The position numbers and the translations under genes were made by a program. The notes beneath the pieces were generated by a model. It saw only the letters and a list, made by a program, of their open reading frames with translations, ran no database searches and was not told where the DNA came from. From Sumerlaeia bacterium (GTDB lineage: Bacteria; Sumerlaeota; Sumerlaeia; SLMS01; JAHLLQ01), in the NCBI GenBank assembly GCA_040219255.1, contig JAVJSW010000039.1, positions 32,001 through 96,000 on the forward strand: 64,000 nucleotides of DNA. Direction: 5' to 3'. Positions 8,652 through 18,129 of this stretch are shown here, one piece after another; the stretch's first letter is position 1; each line of letters starts with the position of its first letter.

Positions 8652-11534
8652 TCAGTTCGCCGATGCCTCCTGCAAACCGAGTTCCAATTCCTCCATGCGG
8701 TCACGAAGAGCGGTGGCTTTGTCGGGATCGCGGTCGGCATGGGCGTCGATGGCGCGGTCGAAGTACTCGCGGGCCAGGGCCGGGCGCTCGGTGACGGCGT
8801 AGAGTTCGCCGAGGTGTTCGTAGATTTCCGGGTCCGGCAGGCTCATCTTCTCCGCCTTCTTCAGGTACTTTTCGGCTTCCTCGAATTCACCCTGCTTGAA
8901 GTAGATCCATCCCACCGTATCCAGGATGAAACCGGCCCGGGGGTTGATTTCCAGGGCCTCGAGAGCCAGCTTCTCGGCCCGGTTGAGATTCTCCGAGCGG
9001 TTGGCGTACAGGTACGACAGGTTGTTCTTCACGGTGGCTTGGAAGGGCTTGGTGGCGTCGTCCTTTTCGAGGAGGGCGATGAGGCGGTCGTAGAGCTTTT
9101 CCGCTTCCTGAAGATTGTCCATTTCGCCGTTGAGCATGGCGACCTGGAAGAGCAGATCGGGGTCGTCCGGATTCTCGGAGAGGAGGGGCCTCAGCACGCC
9201 GAGGGCTCGCCGGTAATCGCCCTGGGCGGTGTAGACGGAGGCCCGCAGCATCTTGACGCCCTCGGGGTCTTCGGGGCCGAAGTCGCGGACGGCCTGATTG
9301 AGTTCTTCGGTCACTTCCGCGTCCATGCCCGCGTCGATCAGCGTGGCGATCAGGTCCTCGCGGAAGCCTAGATTCTCCGGCTGCATTTCGACCAGCGTGC
9401 GCATCGGCGGCAGGGCCAGTTCGGGCTCGCCGGATTCCTTGTAGAGATTGGCCAGGGCGAGGTTGTAGAACACGCGCGTCTGATCCGTCACGTCGTCGCG
9501 CACCTGGAGGAGCGTTTCCTGGGCGATTTCCTTCTCGTTCAGATGCAGATAAACCTGGGCTAGCAGGTTGCGGATCTGGATGTTCGCCGGGACGAGTTCG
9601 AGGGCCTTCTCGTAGCCCCAGCGGGCGCGGCGCCATTCGCCGAATTCGCTCGTCAGGTCGCCGTAGCTCTTGAAGAACAAGAGCTTGTCCTCGACCAGGC
9701 GCCCGGCGTTTTTTTCCAGGCGGTCGAGGGATTCGGGCTCTTCGAGTTCCAGGTACATTTGTGCGAGGCTGAGGTTCGCGGCGGTGTTGCCGGGGTTCAC
9801 GGCGAGGAGCTGTTCGAGGACGCCGGAGGCTTCCCGGGTGCGGTCGCGGCGGCGGTAGAAATCGCCGAGGAGCGCGAGGATGCGTTCGTTCGCCGGGGAG
9901 AAATCGAGGGCCCGCTTGAGGAGCCGTTCCGCCTCGAAGTCGTCCTCCATGCGTTCCGCCAGGGCCGCCAACGCTAACGTCGTGTCCGGGTCCTGGGGGC
10001 TGAGGATCAGGGCTTTCTTGAGGAGCTGCTCGGCGCGCTCCATGTCGCCCTGATTCATGAAAATCAGACCGATGTCGCGGTAGATGCCGGGATCTTCCGG
10101 GCCCGACTCAATCACGCGGTCGAAGTAGAGACGGGCGGCGTCGAGGTTGCCTTGCTGCAATTCGATGCGAGCCATCGAGAGCAGGCTTTCCAGGTGCTCC
10201 GGGTCGACCTCGAGCATGTGCTTTCGGTGGGCGATGAGGCCCTCCAGGTCGTTCTGGCGCAGGAGGAAATCGGCGTAGAGGTCCTGGACGCGCATGTCCA
10301 GGGGGTTTGCGGCGACGATGTCGCGGTAGGCTTCGTAGACGGCGCCGGTGCCGCCGCGCTTGGTGAGGATGTCCTCCCAGCGCAGGCGAAGCGCTTCCGC
10401 GCGGGGCTCGAGAACGAGGCCCTTTTCGTAGAGTTTGAGGGCGTCGTCGGTGCGGTTCATGCCTTCCAGGCGGCGTCCCATCTCGACCAGCCGGCCGATG
10501 AGAGAGGACCGGTAGCGGATCAGTTGGCTGTAGCGGTCGAGGGATTTGGTCATGTCGCCGGTCAGCGCGGTGGCCTCGGCGGACCACAGAAGGGCCTGCA
10601 AATTGCGCCGGTCCTCCGCCAGGATTCGGTCCGTCAGCTCGATGGTGTTTTCCAGTTCATTGAAAGAGTAGGCGATGCGGGCCATGGCTTCGAGGGCTTC
10701 CACGTTGCCGGGCTTGGAGTCCAGCACCTGCTCGTACCATTCGCGGGCGCGGTCGAAGCGCTCGCGGAAGGTGAAGACTTGACCCAGGATGAGCTTCGCT
10801 TCCCAGGAGTCGGGATGAGTGGCGAGGATTTCTTCGGCCATGCGCTGGGCGCGGGGTAAGTCTTGCTGGGACAGGGCGGCGCGGGCGGCGCGGACCTTGA
10901 GCCAAAGGTTTTCCGGGTCACGCTCGACGGCGTCCAGGTAATGCTTCAGCGCCCGGCTCTGGTAGCCGGTGTGCGACAGCAGGGCGGCTTTGACGTACTC
11001 GCTGGCGGCGGTGCCGGCGTCGGTGTAGCGTGTGTCGATGTCGGCCGCGTCTCCGCCTTCGATCACCGTTTCCGGCACGATCTGCTCGGCGCTGCCGGGC
11101 AGGAACAGGAAGTTGTCCTCGAGCAAAGCGTCGGAGGTCAGTGTCTGGGTGGTCGGTTCGGGGCCCTGGGTTTTCGCTTCGAGCAGTTGGAGGAGTGCCT
11201 TGGGTGCTTCCTCCTCGAGTTCGGACGCGGTCATCGCGCGCCAATCGGCGGTCTCCGGCTTGGTGTCGGAGGCCGTGGTAGAGGTGTCGTCAGGGGAGGT
11301 TGGGGGGGCGGGTTTGGCGGCGTCCCGCGATTCCGCTTTGGCGAGCATCGCCGGGGCGTCTTGTGTGTCGCCGGGCGCCGGAGCGTCCGCCGCCGGTGTG
11401 GCGGAGGGCTCGTTCTTCGCGTGCTTGGCTTTGGGCAGAGTATTGGCGCACGCCAGCAAGAGCAGGAGTGGCAGGAATCCCGCGCTAAAGAGAACAACGT
11501 ACGACTTCGGACGTACGATGGATGACTGACTCAT
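8652..11534 (-). CDS. Large TPR-repeat lipoprotein
   Basis: Lipobox LLLLAC; many TPRs; C-terminal NNLSYLYA...ILDTVGWIYFKQG...IYEHLGELY. Confidence 0.88.
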   Translation of the reverse strand: MSQSSIVRPKSYVVLFSAGFLPLLLLLACANTLPKAKHAKNEPSATPAADAPAPGDTQDAPAMLAKAESRDAAKPAPPTSPDDTSTTASDTKPETADWRAMTASELEEEAPKALLQLLEAKTQGPEPTTQTLTSDALLEDNFLFLPGSAEQIVPETVIEGGDAADIDTRYTDAGTAASEYVKAALLSHTGYQSRALKHYLDAVERDPENLWLKVRAARAALSQQDLPRAQRMAEEILATHPDSWEAKLILGQVFTFRERFDRAREWYEQVLDSKPGNVEALEAMARIAYSFNELENTIELTDRILAEDRRNLQALLWSAEATALTGDMTKSLDRYSQLIRYRSSLIGRLVEMGRRLEGMNRTDDALKLYEKGLVLEPRAEALRLRWEDILTKRGGTGAVYEAYRDIVAANPLDMRVQDLYADFLLRQNDLEGLIAHRKHMLEVDPEHLESLLSMARIELQQGNLDAARLYFDRVIESGPEDPGIYRDIGLIFMNQGDMERAEQLLKKALILSPQDPDTTLALAALAERMEDDFEAERLLKRALDFSPANERILALLGDFYRRRDRTREASGVLEQLLAVNPGNTAANLSLAQMYLELEEPESLDRLEKNAGRLVEDKLLFFKSYGDLTSEFGEWRRARWGYEKALELVPANIQIRNLLAQVYLHLNEKEIAQETLLQVRDDVTDQTRVFYNLALANLYKESGEPELALPPMRTLVEMQPENLGFREDLIATLIDAGMDAEVTEELNQAVRDFGPEDPEGVKMLRASVYTAQGDYRRALGVLRPLLSENPDDPDLLFQVAMLNGEMDNLQEAEKLYDRLIALLEKDDATKPFQATVKNNLSYLYANRSENLNRAEKLALEALEINPRAGFILDTVGWIYFKQGEFEEAEKYLKKAEKMSLPDPEIYEHLGELYAVTERPALAREYFDRAIDAHADRDPDKATALRDRMEELELGLQEASAN

Positions 11535-11758
11535 CGAGATTTACCTCGTTTCGTGCGGCCCTTCAGGCAGGCCGGCCGGAACTGCGTTGTCCCTGGGGTA
11601 AGCGAAAGGGACGCCACGCGCTAGGAAAAGACGAGAAAAAACGAAACGGGCCGTGATTTTTCTCAGCGGAAGGGCGAAAAAACCTCCGACCTTGACCCTT
11701 GCGTTCTTTCCGGGTTCATAACGGCGCATCCATTTCGCCACTCCCAGAGGGCCGATCC

Positions 11759-13678
11759 ATGATTCGAATCTCCCCCGCCGCGGCGCTCCTGGCCGCCCTG
11801 ACGGCGCCCCCGGCGGGCCTCCTCGCCGACACCGCGGCCACCACCGAACCCCTGACCATCGAGGACTCTTCCCCCATGACATCTCCCGTTTTCGGACCGC
11901 AAGAGGATGGCGACTTCGTCCCCGATTGGGCCAAGGACGCCGTCTGGTATCAGATTTTTCCCGAACGCTTCCGCAACGGCGATCCCTCGAACGATCCGAT
12001 GCTGGCGGACATCGGCGGCGCCTGGCCCGACGAGCCGGACAAACCCTGGGCGATTCATCCCTGGACCAGCGACTGGTACAAGCTCCAACCCTGGGAGGAA
12101 GCCACCGGCGGCGGCATGTGGTACAACATCCAGCGCCGGCGCTACGGAGGCGACCTGCAAGGCATCCTGGACAAACTCGATTACCTGGAAGAGTTGGGCG
12201 TCAACGCGATCTACCTGAACCCGATCTTCATGGCGCCATCCATGCACAAGTACGATGGCGCGACCTATCATCACGTCGATCCGACCTTCGGCCCCGATCC
12301 TGAAGGCGACCGCGCGCTGATGGCCCAGGAAACGCCCCACGACCCGAGCACCTGGGTCTGGACCGAGGCGGACAAGCTGGCGCTGAAGCTGATCGAAGAA
12401 CTGCACGCCCGCGGCATCCGCGTCATCTTCGATGGCGTGTTCAACCACATGGGCATCAACAGTTGGGCCTTTCAGGACGTGAAGAAAAACCAGCGGGAGT
12501 CGCCCTACGCCGATTGGTTCACGGTGAAATCCTGGGACGACCCGGAGGCCGGGACAATCTTCGACTACGAGGGCTGGTTCGGCGTCAGCACGCTGCCGGA
12601 ATTGCGCGAGGACGAAAACGGAATCGTGGCCGGGCCAAAAGACTACATCTTTCACGCGACCCGGCGCTGGATGGACCCCGACGGCGACGGTGACCCGAGC
12701 GACGGCATCGACGGCTGGCGTCTGGATGTGGCGTTCTGCGTCGCCCATCCGTTCTGGAAGGACTGGCGCAAGCACGTCAAATCCATCAACCCAGATGCCT
12801 ACCTGACGGCGGAAGTCATCGACCCGATTCCGGTTCTGAGGGCCTACCTGGAGGGCGACGAGTTCGACGCGGTGATGAATTACAACTTCGCCTTCACCTG
12901 CGCGGAGTTTTTCTACGAAACCTCGCACGCCATCGGGCCGAAGGAGTTCGACCGCAAGCTCGAGGACCTGCGCGGCGCCTTCCATCCGAACGTGGCGTAC
13001 GTGCAGCAGAACCTGATGGACAGCCACGATACGAACCGGGTGGGTTCCCACATCGTGAACCGCGGCCTGGGGCACTATCGGGAGTGGGGCGATTACTTCG
13101 GCAAGTCCAAGGCCGAGAACCCCGCCTACGACACGCGCAAACCGAACGCCTACGAGAAACAAATTCAGGCACTCGTCGCGATCATGAAGTTTACCTACGT
13201 GGGCGCGCCGATGATTTACTATGGTGGCGAGGTCGGGATGTGGGGCGCCAACGATCCCTGCTCGCGCAAGCCGATGATCTGGGACGACATGACTTACGAT
13301 CCGGAGACGCACAACCCGGATCAGACGATGAAGGACAGCCCGGACTCGGTGGAGCAGGACAAGGAGCTACTGGCCCACTACCGCCGGCTGATCGCCATCC
13401 GCAACGCCCATCCGGCGCTGCGGCGCGGCAGCTATCGGACGGTTCTCGCGGATAACGACGCGAACGTTTTCGCCTTTGTGCGGGAGCTGGATGACGAACG
13501 TATCTACGTCGTGCTGAACAACAGCGACGGCGAGCAGGATGTGGCTCTGCCGGTGGAAGACACGGGCGCCTACACGGACCTGCTGGCGGCGGAGGAAGTG
13601 GCGTTTGGAACCGATACGGGGGTTCTGGACCTGCACCTGGAGGGCAAGTCGGGGCGGATTCTCAAGGCGGCGCGCTGA
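11759..13678 (+). CDS. GH13 alpha-amylase family (cyclomaltodextrinase/neopullulanase-like), possibly exported
   Basis: WYQIFPERFRNGD, YGGDLQGI, HKYD, DGVFNH, DGWRLDVA, TAEV, DSHD and GAPMIYYG. Ala/Leu-rich N-terminus resembles a signal peptide. Confidence 0.93.
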   Translation: MIRISPAAALLAALTAPPAGLLADTAATTEPLTIEDSSPMTSPVFGPQEDGDFVPDWAKDAVWYQIFPERFRNGDPSNDPMLADIGGAWPDEPDKPWAIHPWTSDWYKLQPWEEATGGGMWYNIQRRRYGGDLQGILDKLDYLEELGVNAIYLNPIFMAPSMHKYDGATYHHVDPTFGPDPEGDRALMAQETPHDPSTWVWTEADKLALKLIEELHARGIRVIFDGVFNHMGINSWAFQDVKKNQRESPYADWFTVKSWDDPEAGTIFDYEGWFGVSTLPELREDENGIVAGPKDYIFHATRRWMDPDGDGDPSDGIDGWRLDVAFCVAHPFWKDWRKHVKSINPDAYLTAEVIDPIPVLRAYLEGDEFDAVMNYNFAFTCAEFFYETSHAIGPKEFDRKLEDLRGAFHPNVAYVQQNLMDSHDTNRVGSHIVNRGLGHYREWGDYFGKSKAENPAYDTRKPNAYEKQIQALVAIMKFTYVGAPMIYYGGEVGMWGANDPCSRKPMIWDDMTYDPETHNPDQTMKDSPDSVEQDKELLAHYRRLIAIRNAHPALRRGSYRTVLADNDANVFAFVRELDDERIYVVLNNSDGEQDVALPVEDTGAYTDLLAAEEVAFGTDTGVLDLHLEGKSGRILKAAR

Positions 13679-13688
13679 GCGGGTGCTC

Positions 13689-15113
13689 TTAGCGCCGAAC
13701 CAGGACGAAGCCGCGGCGGCCGTGCTCGAAGGGGGCGCAACGATTGGCCAAAGTGACCATCGGCGGCCAGACGTCCCCAGCGGGGGCGGCGGCGTCGAGG
13801 GCGTTGGCCTCGAGCAGCATCCATGCGTTGATCCCCGAGGCGGTCAGATCGACACCGAAGTAATCGGCGATGGCCAGGCCCATGTCTTCGCCCATCTGGC
13901 GATAGTCGTCCGGGGTGTTCGGAATGCCCGGGTCCGGGCCGATCTGATACACGCCCTCCAGGGTAATCGCCATGATGTCGTTCCAGGTGGAATCGAGCGA
14001 GTAGCGATCATGCATCATGCTCTCGACGTACACGCGGCCCGAGAGTGAACTGAAGTGATCGCTGCCGTCGTCCACGTAGGCGTTGCGGTTGCGGATGGCC
14101 GTGACCCAGGCGTCTTCGAGGGCGCGGACCTCCGGGATGACACCGGTGCCATTGATGTTGTAGTTGGCATTGTGGACGAAGTGGTAGGGCGGTTCGTTGC
14201 CGTGGGTGGCGTGGAGGTTGAGGAGCAGCTCGATGGGGTTGGCACCGGGGCTGCCGGAAGTGCCCATGAATTCCTCGATTTTTTCGATCATGAACTCGTT
14301 TTCCGGGATGCCCGGATTGTAGGGCGAGGCCCATTGGACCTCGAGATTGATGCTGTCGGCGTTCGTGCGGTAGTTACCGCGCTCGATCCCGTCGGGGTTG
14401 GCGACGGGAACGATGTCGAAAATGAGTTCGTCGAGGATCAGTTCGGCTTCCGTCGAACCGGAGAGGAGGAAATCGATGAGGCCCTCGGTGGTGAAGTGGG
14501 CGGTGTTTTCCGAGGGGTGGACGGCGCTGTGGATCCAGACGCGTTTCTTGCCCGCGTTGGACACGCCCGGGTCGGTGATTTCGAAGAGGTAGAGTTTGTT
14601 GCCGAGCGTCGTGGTCTGGGTCGAAGTCGTCACCGTCACATAGGGATGGGTTTCCACGGAGGCTTTGAAGGCTTCGTATTCGGGCAGCGTGTAGGGATAA
14701 TACTTGGCGATGCGGAAGGAGGAAATCCCCGCGGGCACTGTGACGGTGAAGTTGAAGGGTCCCTGGAGTCCGGGGATGCGTTCGTAGGTGGCGCCGCCGT
14801 CGAGGCTCCAGACCGGGGTGATGTAGTCGCCGGGGAACTGGGAGCCGGTGATGTCGAAATTGAAGGTCTCGGCGACGGCGGGGTTCAGGTCCGCGACCTC
14901 GACATGCCACCAGGCGCGGAAGCTCGACGAGTTGTCGTTGTCGAAGGCGACGCTCAAATCCACGTCCCACTCGTCGGTTCCGGCGGGCAGAACGGACCAG
15001 GTGCCGACACGCATCTGGAGCCCTGGGCTGGTGACGATGGTGGGATCGGCCTGGAGATTGGCGAAAGCGAGAACGAAAACAGCCACGAGAGCGGCGCGAA
15101 CGGTGAGAACCAT
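13689..15113 (-). CDS. Secreted M14-family zinc carboxypeptidase
   Basis: Signal peptide; HSAVHPSE (HxxE), NPDG..GNYRTN, LLNLHA and TLEG; N-terminal WWH...YYPYT region typical of the CCP-like subgroup. Confidence 0.88.
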   Translation of the reverse strand: MVLTVRAALVAVFVLAFANLQADPTIVTSPGLQMRVGTWSVLPAGTDEWDVDLSVAFDNDNSSSFRAWWHVEVADLNPAVAETFNFDITGSQFPGDYITPVWSLDGGATYERIPGLQGPFNFTVTVPAGISSFRIAKYYPYTLPEYEAFKASVETHPYVTVTTSTQTTTLGNKLYLFEITDPGVSNAGKKRVWIHSAVHPSENTAHFTTEGLIDFLLSGSTEAELILDELIFDIVPVANPDGIERGNYRTNADSINLEVQWASPYNPGIPENEFMIEKIEEFMGTSGSPGANPIELLLNLHATHGNEPPYHFVHNANYNINGTGVIPEVRALEDAWVTAIRNRNAYVDDGSDHFSSLSGRVYVESMMHDRYSLDSTWNDIMAITLEGVYQIGPDPGIPNTPDDYRQMGEDMGLAIADYFGVDLTASGINAWMLLEANALDAAAPAGDVWPPMVTLANRCAPFEHGRRGFVLVRR

Positions 15114-15262
15114 TGGGAATCCTCTGGATGGGGCAGGATGCCAAACGTTTGCCCACAGATAGTTTCTGTGGCAATCGCGAAATTGCCCTTAAATTCAGCA
15201 GCCAACTTAGAAGGTTCCAAGTTGGCTGCCGTCAGGTTTTTGTTCCGGAAGCTTGGGAGAGG

Positions 15263-18037
15263 CTACACCAGTTTGGCCCACTGGATGCGGTCGATGCGGT
15301 AAACGGCCGATTGATCGCGGGTTCGGCAGTGGGCGTAGAGGCGTTCGCGCTCCAGGCTCTTGGGCAGGATGACTTCCTCCACCTCGTCCTGACTCACTTT
15401 CAGGTAGCGAATGGTGACTTCGTGCTCGTTCTCGATGGCGAAATCGAGCATATCGCGCACGTCGTCCATTTCCTCCGCCGGGTTCGGGCCCGAGAAGGTG
15501 AAGCGGGAGGCCGTGGTGCCGGCGCCGACGCTGCTGGTGACGAGGGTGGTGAGTTTTTCTTTGTATTCGGTCTGCACGGATTCGACGCGCCGTTCGGTGG
15601 CGGCGGAGAGGGCCTTGCGCCAGGTGCTGAGGAGGGGCTCGGCGTGGTCGTTGATGGCGGCGAAGGCGCGGGGGTCGGCCTTCATGCGCTCGAGGAGGGG
15701 GCTGAGGCGTTCGTCGGCGACGCTGTGGCCCTTGTCGTCGACGGCGGCCTCCATGGTGAAGCGCAGGGCCGCCACGAGGCGGACCATGTCTTCCTTGGGC
15801 AGCGACAGGTTGATGGTGTCTTCGCCGCGAACGGTGACGTGTTCGTTTTCCAGGCGCGGCATGAAGCCGATTTTCTGCAGTTCGCGCGACAGGCGCTTGA
15901 CGTCCGTGTCGGGGCTGAGGATCACGACGCCACCGGGCAACACCGCTTTGATGTTGGGCTGGAGCTTCTTGCTGGACTTGACCTGCGAGAGGACCATTTC
16001 GTCGTCGATGACGATGTAGCCGCCGGCGTGGCCCATGTTCACTTCGCCGTGCTTCTCGGCGCATTCTTCCACCAGCATGCGCAGCGATTCGGGCACCGGG
16101 GTGCGGCTGTGCTCGGTGAGGAATTCGAGGATTTCCCCGCCCGTCAGACCACGATCCAGGCCGTCGCGGATGCTGTGCTTGTTCATGGCCAGGATGGACG
16201 CCACGTCGATGCTCTTGACGTGGGCCATTTCGTTGAGGCGGGCGAAGGTGGGCAGCGCCAGGTCCGGGGGCACGATGACTTCGTGGGTGGGCTGGAGGAT
16301 GAAGGATTCGACGTCGAACTTGAGGGGCAGGACTTCGTTGACGTGCTCGGGGCGGAAGACTTCGGGCCAGCGCTCGAGGGGCCGGGAGAAGACGAAGCGC
16401 CCGAGGTCGGTGAAGCGGAAGGTGAATTCGAGTTGCTTCTGCTTGCGGGGGCGGCCGCGGCTGCCGCCGCGGGCCTTCATCGTCTTGCCGTCGCCCAGGC
16501 GCAATCCGAGCAGCTCTGCGTCTTTGTCTTCGAGGAGGCCGATGCCCAGCAGGCCCAGCCAATGCAGGCATTCGCCCATGATCGATTCGATCACCAATTC
16601 GTTGCTGCGGGAGTGCTTGTCGTACTGGAGGGGGTCGTTGCGGTGCGGGATGTCCTGGCGGATGCGGGGCAGGACTTCTTCAAAGAAGCCCTTGTCGAGC
16701 AGCCAGCGGTCCTGGGGCATGTCGAAGAGGGCTTCCAGAACGATCTTGCGGAAGGGCACGATGGGGAGAAGGCCGGTCGGGCGGGGATCGATATGGAGGG
16801 TGTTGCCTTCGGCGTATTCCTCGTTCCAGGCGTTGGTGGTGAGCCACCAGGTGATCATGTCCTGATAGGCGCCCTGGCTGTCCTCGATCCATTTGTAGAA
16901 GGAGTCGGCGACTTTGTAGGTTTCGCCGGTGGAGACGAGGAGTTTTTTCTCGATGAGGAAGAGCGAGAGGAATTCGGCGTATTTGAGGGTTTTGTAGCGG
17001 CTGAGCTGGGGCATGACCTTTTTCAGGTCGTTCTTGCCGATGCCGCCGGTGGCCAATACGCGCACGGGCCAGCGATCCACGAAGAGGCAGAACACGACGA
17101 TGTCGCGCAGGAGCGTGGTGGAGTTGTCGAGGATGACGCCGGGCTTCTGCTCTTTCTCGACGACGGAGACGCTGTCGAGTTCGGCGAAGGTGCGTTCGTC
17201 GGGCTGGAAGTGATTGGTAAGCACGTACATGATGTCGCGCGGGATCATCAGGCGGTTGTTGTACTTGTTGGCTCCGGGCACGACGGTGAAGACGAGGCCG
17301 CTGGTGTTGAGAAGCCACTGGATGGCATCGCCTCGGGAATGGTCGTAGCGGCGCTGGATGTTGAGTTCGAGCAGGTCGCGGTAGACGGCGATGCCTTTGC
17401 GTTCCTGAAGGGACTGGAAGACGGACTTGGGCCCTTCGGCGAGGCGATCCAGGTAGCGGCGCAGGAACTTGGGATCGAGCAGGGCCGTGCGGATGATGTG
17501 GATCAGGTAGTTTTTGTTGGCCGATTCGGGCTGGAGGCGCAGACCCTGGGTGGCGATGTGCTTGAGTTCGTTGTTCGACAGTTCCTTGAGGAAGTGGCCC
17601 AGGTAGCCTTCCCAGTAAGAAGGAAGCTCGACGTAGCGGAGAAAGGGCTCGGGGATCCCGACGAGGTCGAGGGGGTCGCTGAGGCCGGGGACGCGATCGG
17701 TGAAGACGAGGCCGCGATGGGCGAGGCTGGCGACAGCCTTCTCCATGCGGGCCCGGTCGCCGTCGAAGAAGCGCTGGCAGGTTTCGCCGGCTTCGAGATC
17801 GCCGCCGTGGATCGTGAGGAAATTGATCAGGTCTTTTTCGGCGGGTGTGATGTCGCGGGTGGCGGTGTCCCAGGCGTTGCGGTTTTGCATGCGCTGGTAG
17901 AGGTTGCCGATCAGAAGTTCGCGCTGATCCTCCTCATTTGCGGTCTCGGAGACGTCGACGGGGGCAATGTCCCAGTGATCCTCCAGGTGCTGGAGGCTTT
18001 CGATGCTCTGGGTTTTGAGGATACTTTTCAGTTTCAT
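15263..18037 (-). CDS. XPB-associated partner protein (helicase-associated Helicase_C_3 / p52-like domain) with C-terminal WYL domain
   Basis: FILQPTHEVIVP...SIRDGLDRGLTGGEILEFLTEHSRTPVPESL. C-terminal FAIENEHEVTIRY...ILPKSL...LYAHCRTR...YRIDRI is WYL-like. Lies directly downstream of XPB. Confidence 0.85.
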   Translation of the reverse strand: MKLKSILKTQSIESLQHLEDHWDIAPVDVSETANEEDQRELLIGNLYQRMQNRNAWDTATRDITPAEKDLINFLTIHGGDLEAGETCQRFFDGDRARMEKAVASLAHRGLVFTDRVPGLSDPLDLVGIPEPFLRYVELPSYWEGYLGHFLKELSNNELKHIATQGLRLQPESANKNYLIHIIRTALLDPKFLRRYLDRLAEGPKSVFQSLQERKGIAVYRDLLELNIQRRYDHSRGDAIQWLLNTSGLVFTVVPGANKYNNRLMIPRDIMYVLTNHFQPDERTFAELDSVSVVEKEQKPGVILDNSTTLLRDIVVFCLFVDRWPVRVLATGGIGKNDLKKVMPQLSRYKTLKYAEFLSLFLIEKKLLVSTGETYKVADSFYKWIEDSQGAYQDMITWWLTTNAWNEEYAEGNTLHIDPRPTGLLPIVPFRKIVLEALFDMPQDRWLLDKGFFEEVLPRIRQDIPHRNDPLQYDKHSRSNELVIESIMGECLHWLGLLGIGLLEDKDAELLGLRLGDGKTMKARGGSRGRPRKQKQLEFTFRFTDLGRFVFSRPLERWPEVFRPEHVNEVLPLKFDVESFILQPTHEVIVPPDLALPTFARLNEMAHVKSIDVASILAMNKHSIRDGLDRGLTGGEILEFLTEHSRTPVPESLRMLVEECAEKHGEVNMGHAGGYIVIDDEMVLSQVKSSKKLQPNIKAVLPGGVVILSPDTDVKRLSRELQKIGFMPRLENEHVTVRGEDTINLSLPKEDMVRLVAALRFTMEAAVDDKGHSVADERLSPLLERMKADPRAFAAINDHAEPLLSTWRKALSAATERRVESVQTEYKEKLTTLVTSSVGAGTTASRFTFSGPNPAEEMDDVRDMLDFAIENEHEVTIRYLKVSQDEVEEVILPKSLERERLYAHCRTRDQSAVYRIDRIQWAKLV

Positions 18038-18129
18038 TTCGGGTCTTCGGCATTCGGCGGGACGCCCACCGTCCGTTGGGGGACCGGTGGGCGAGTATCG
18101 GTGAGAGGTTTCGCCAGGAGGCCTAGGGG

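Noticed and set aside
11692-11722. Sigma70-like promoter (TTGACC...CATAAC) for the GH13 gene
   Set aside because: The 19-bp spacing and weak -10 make it unsupportable from sequence alone.
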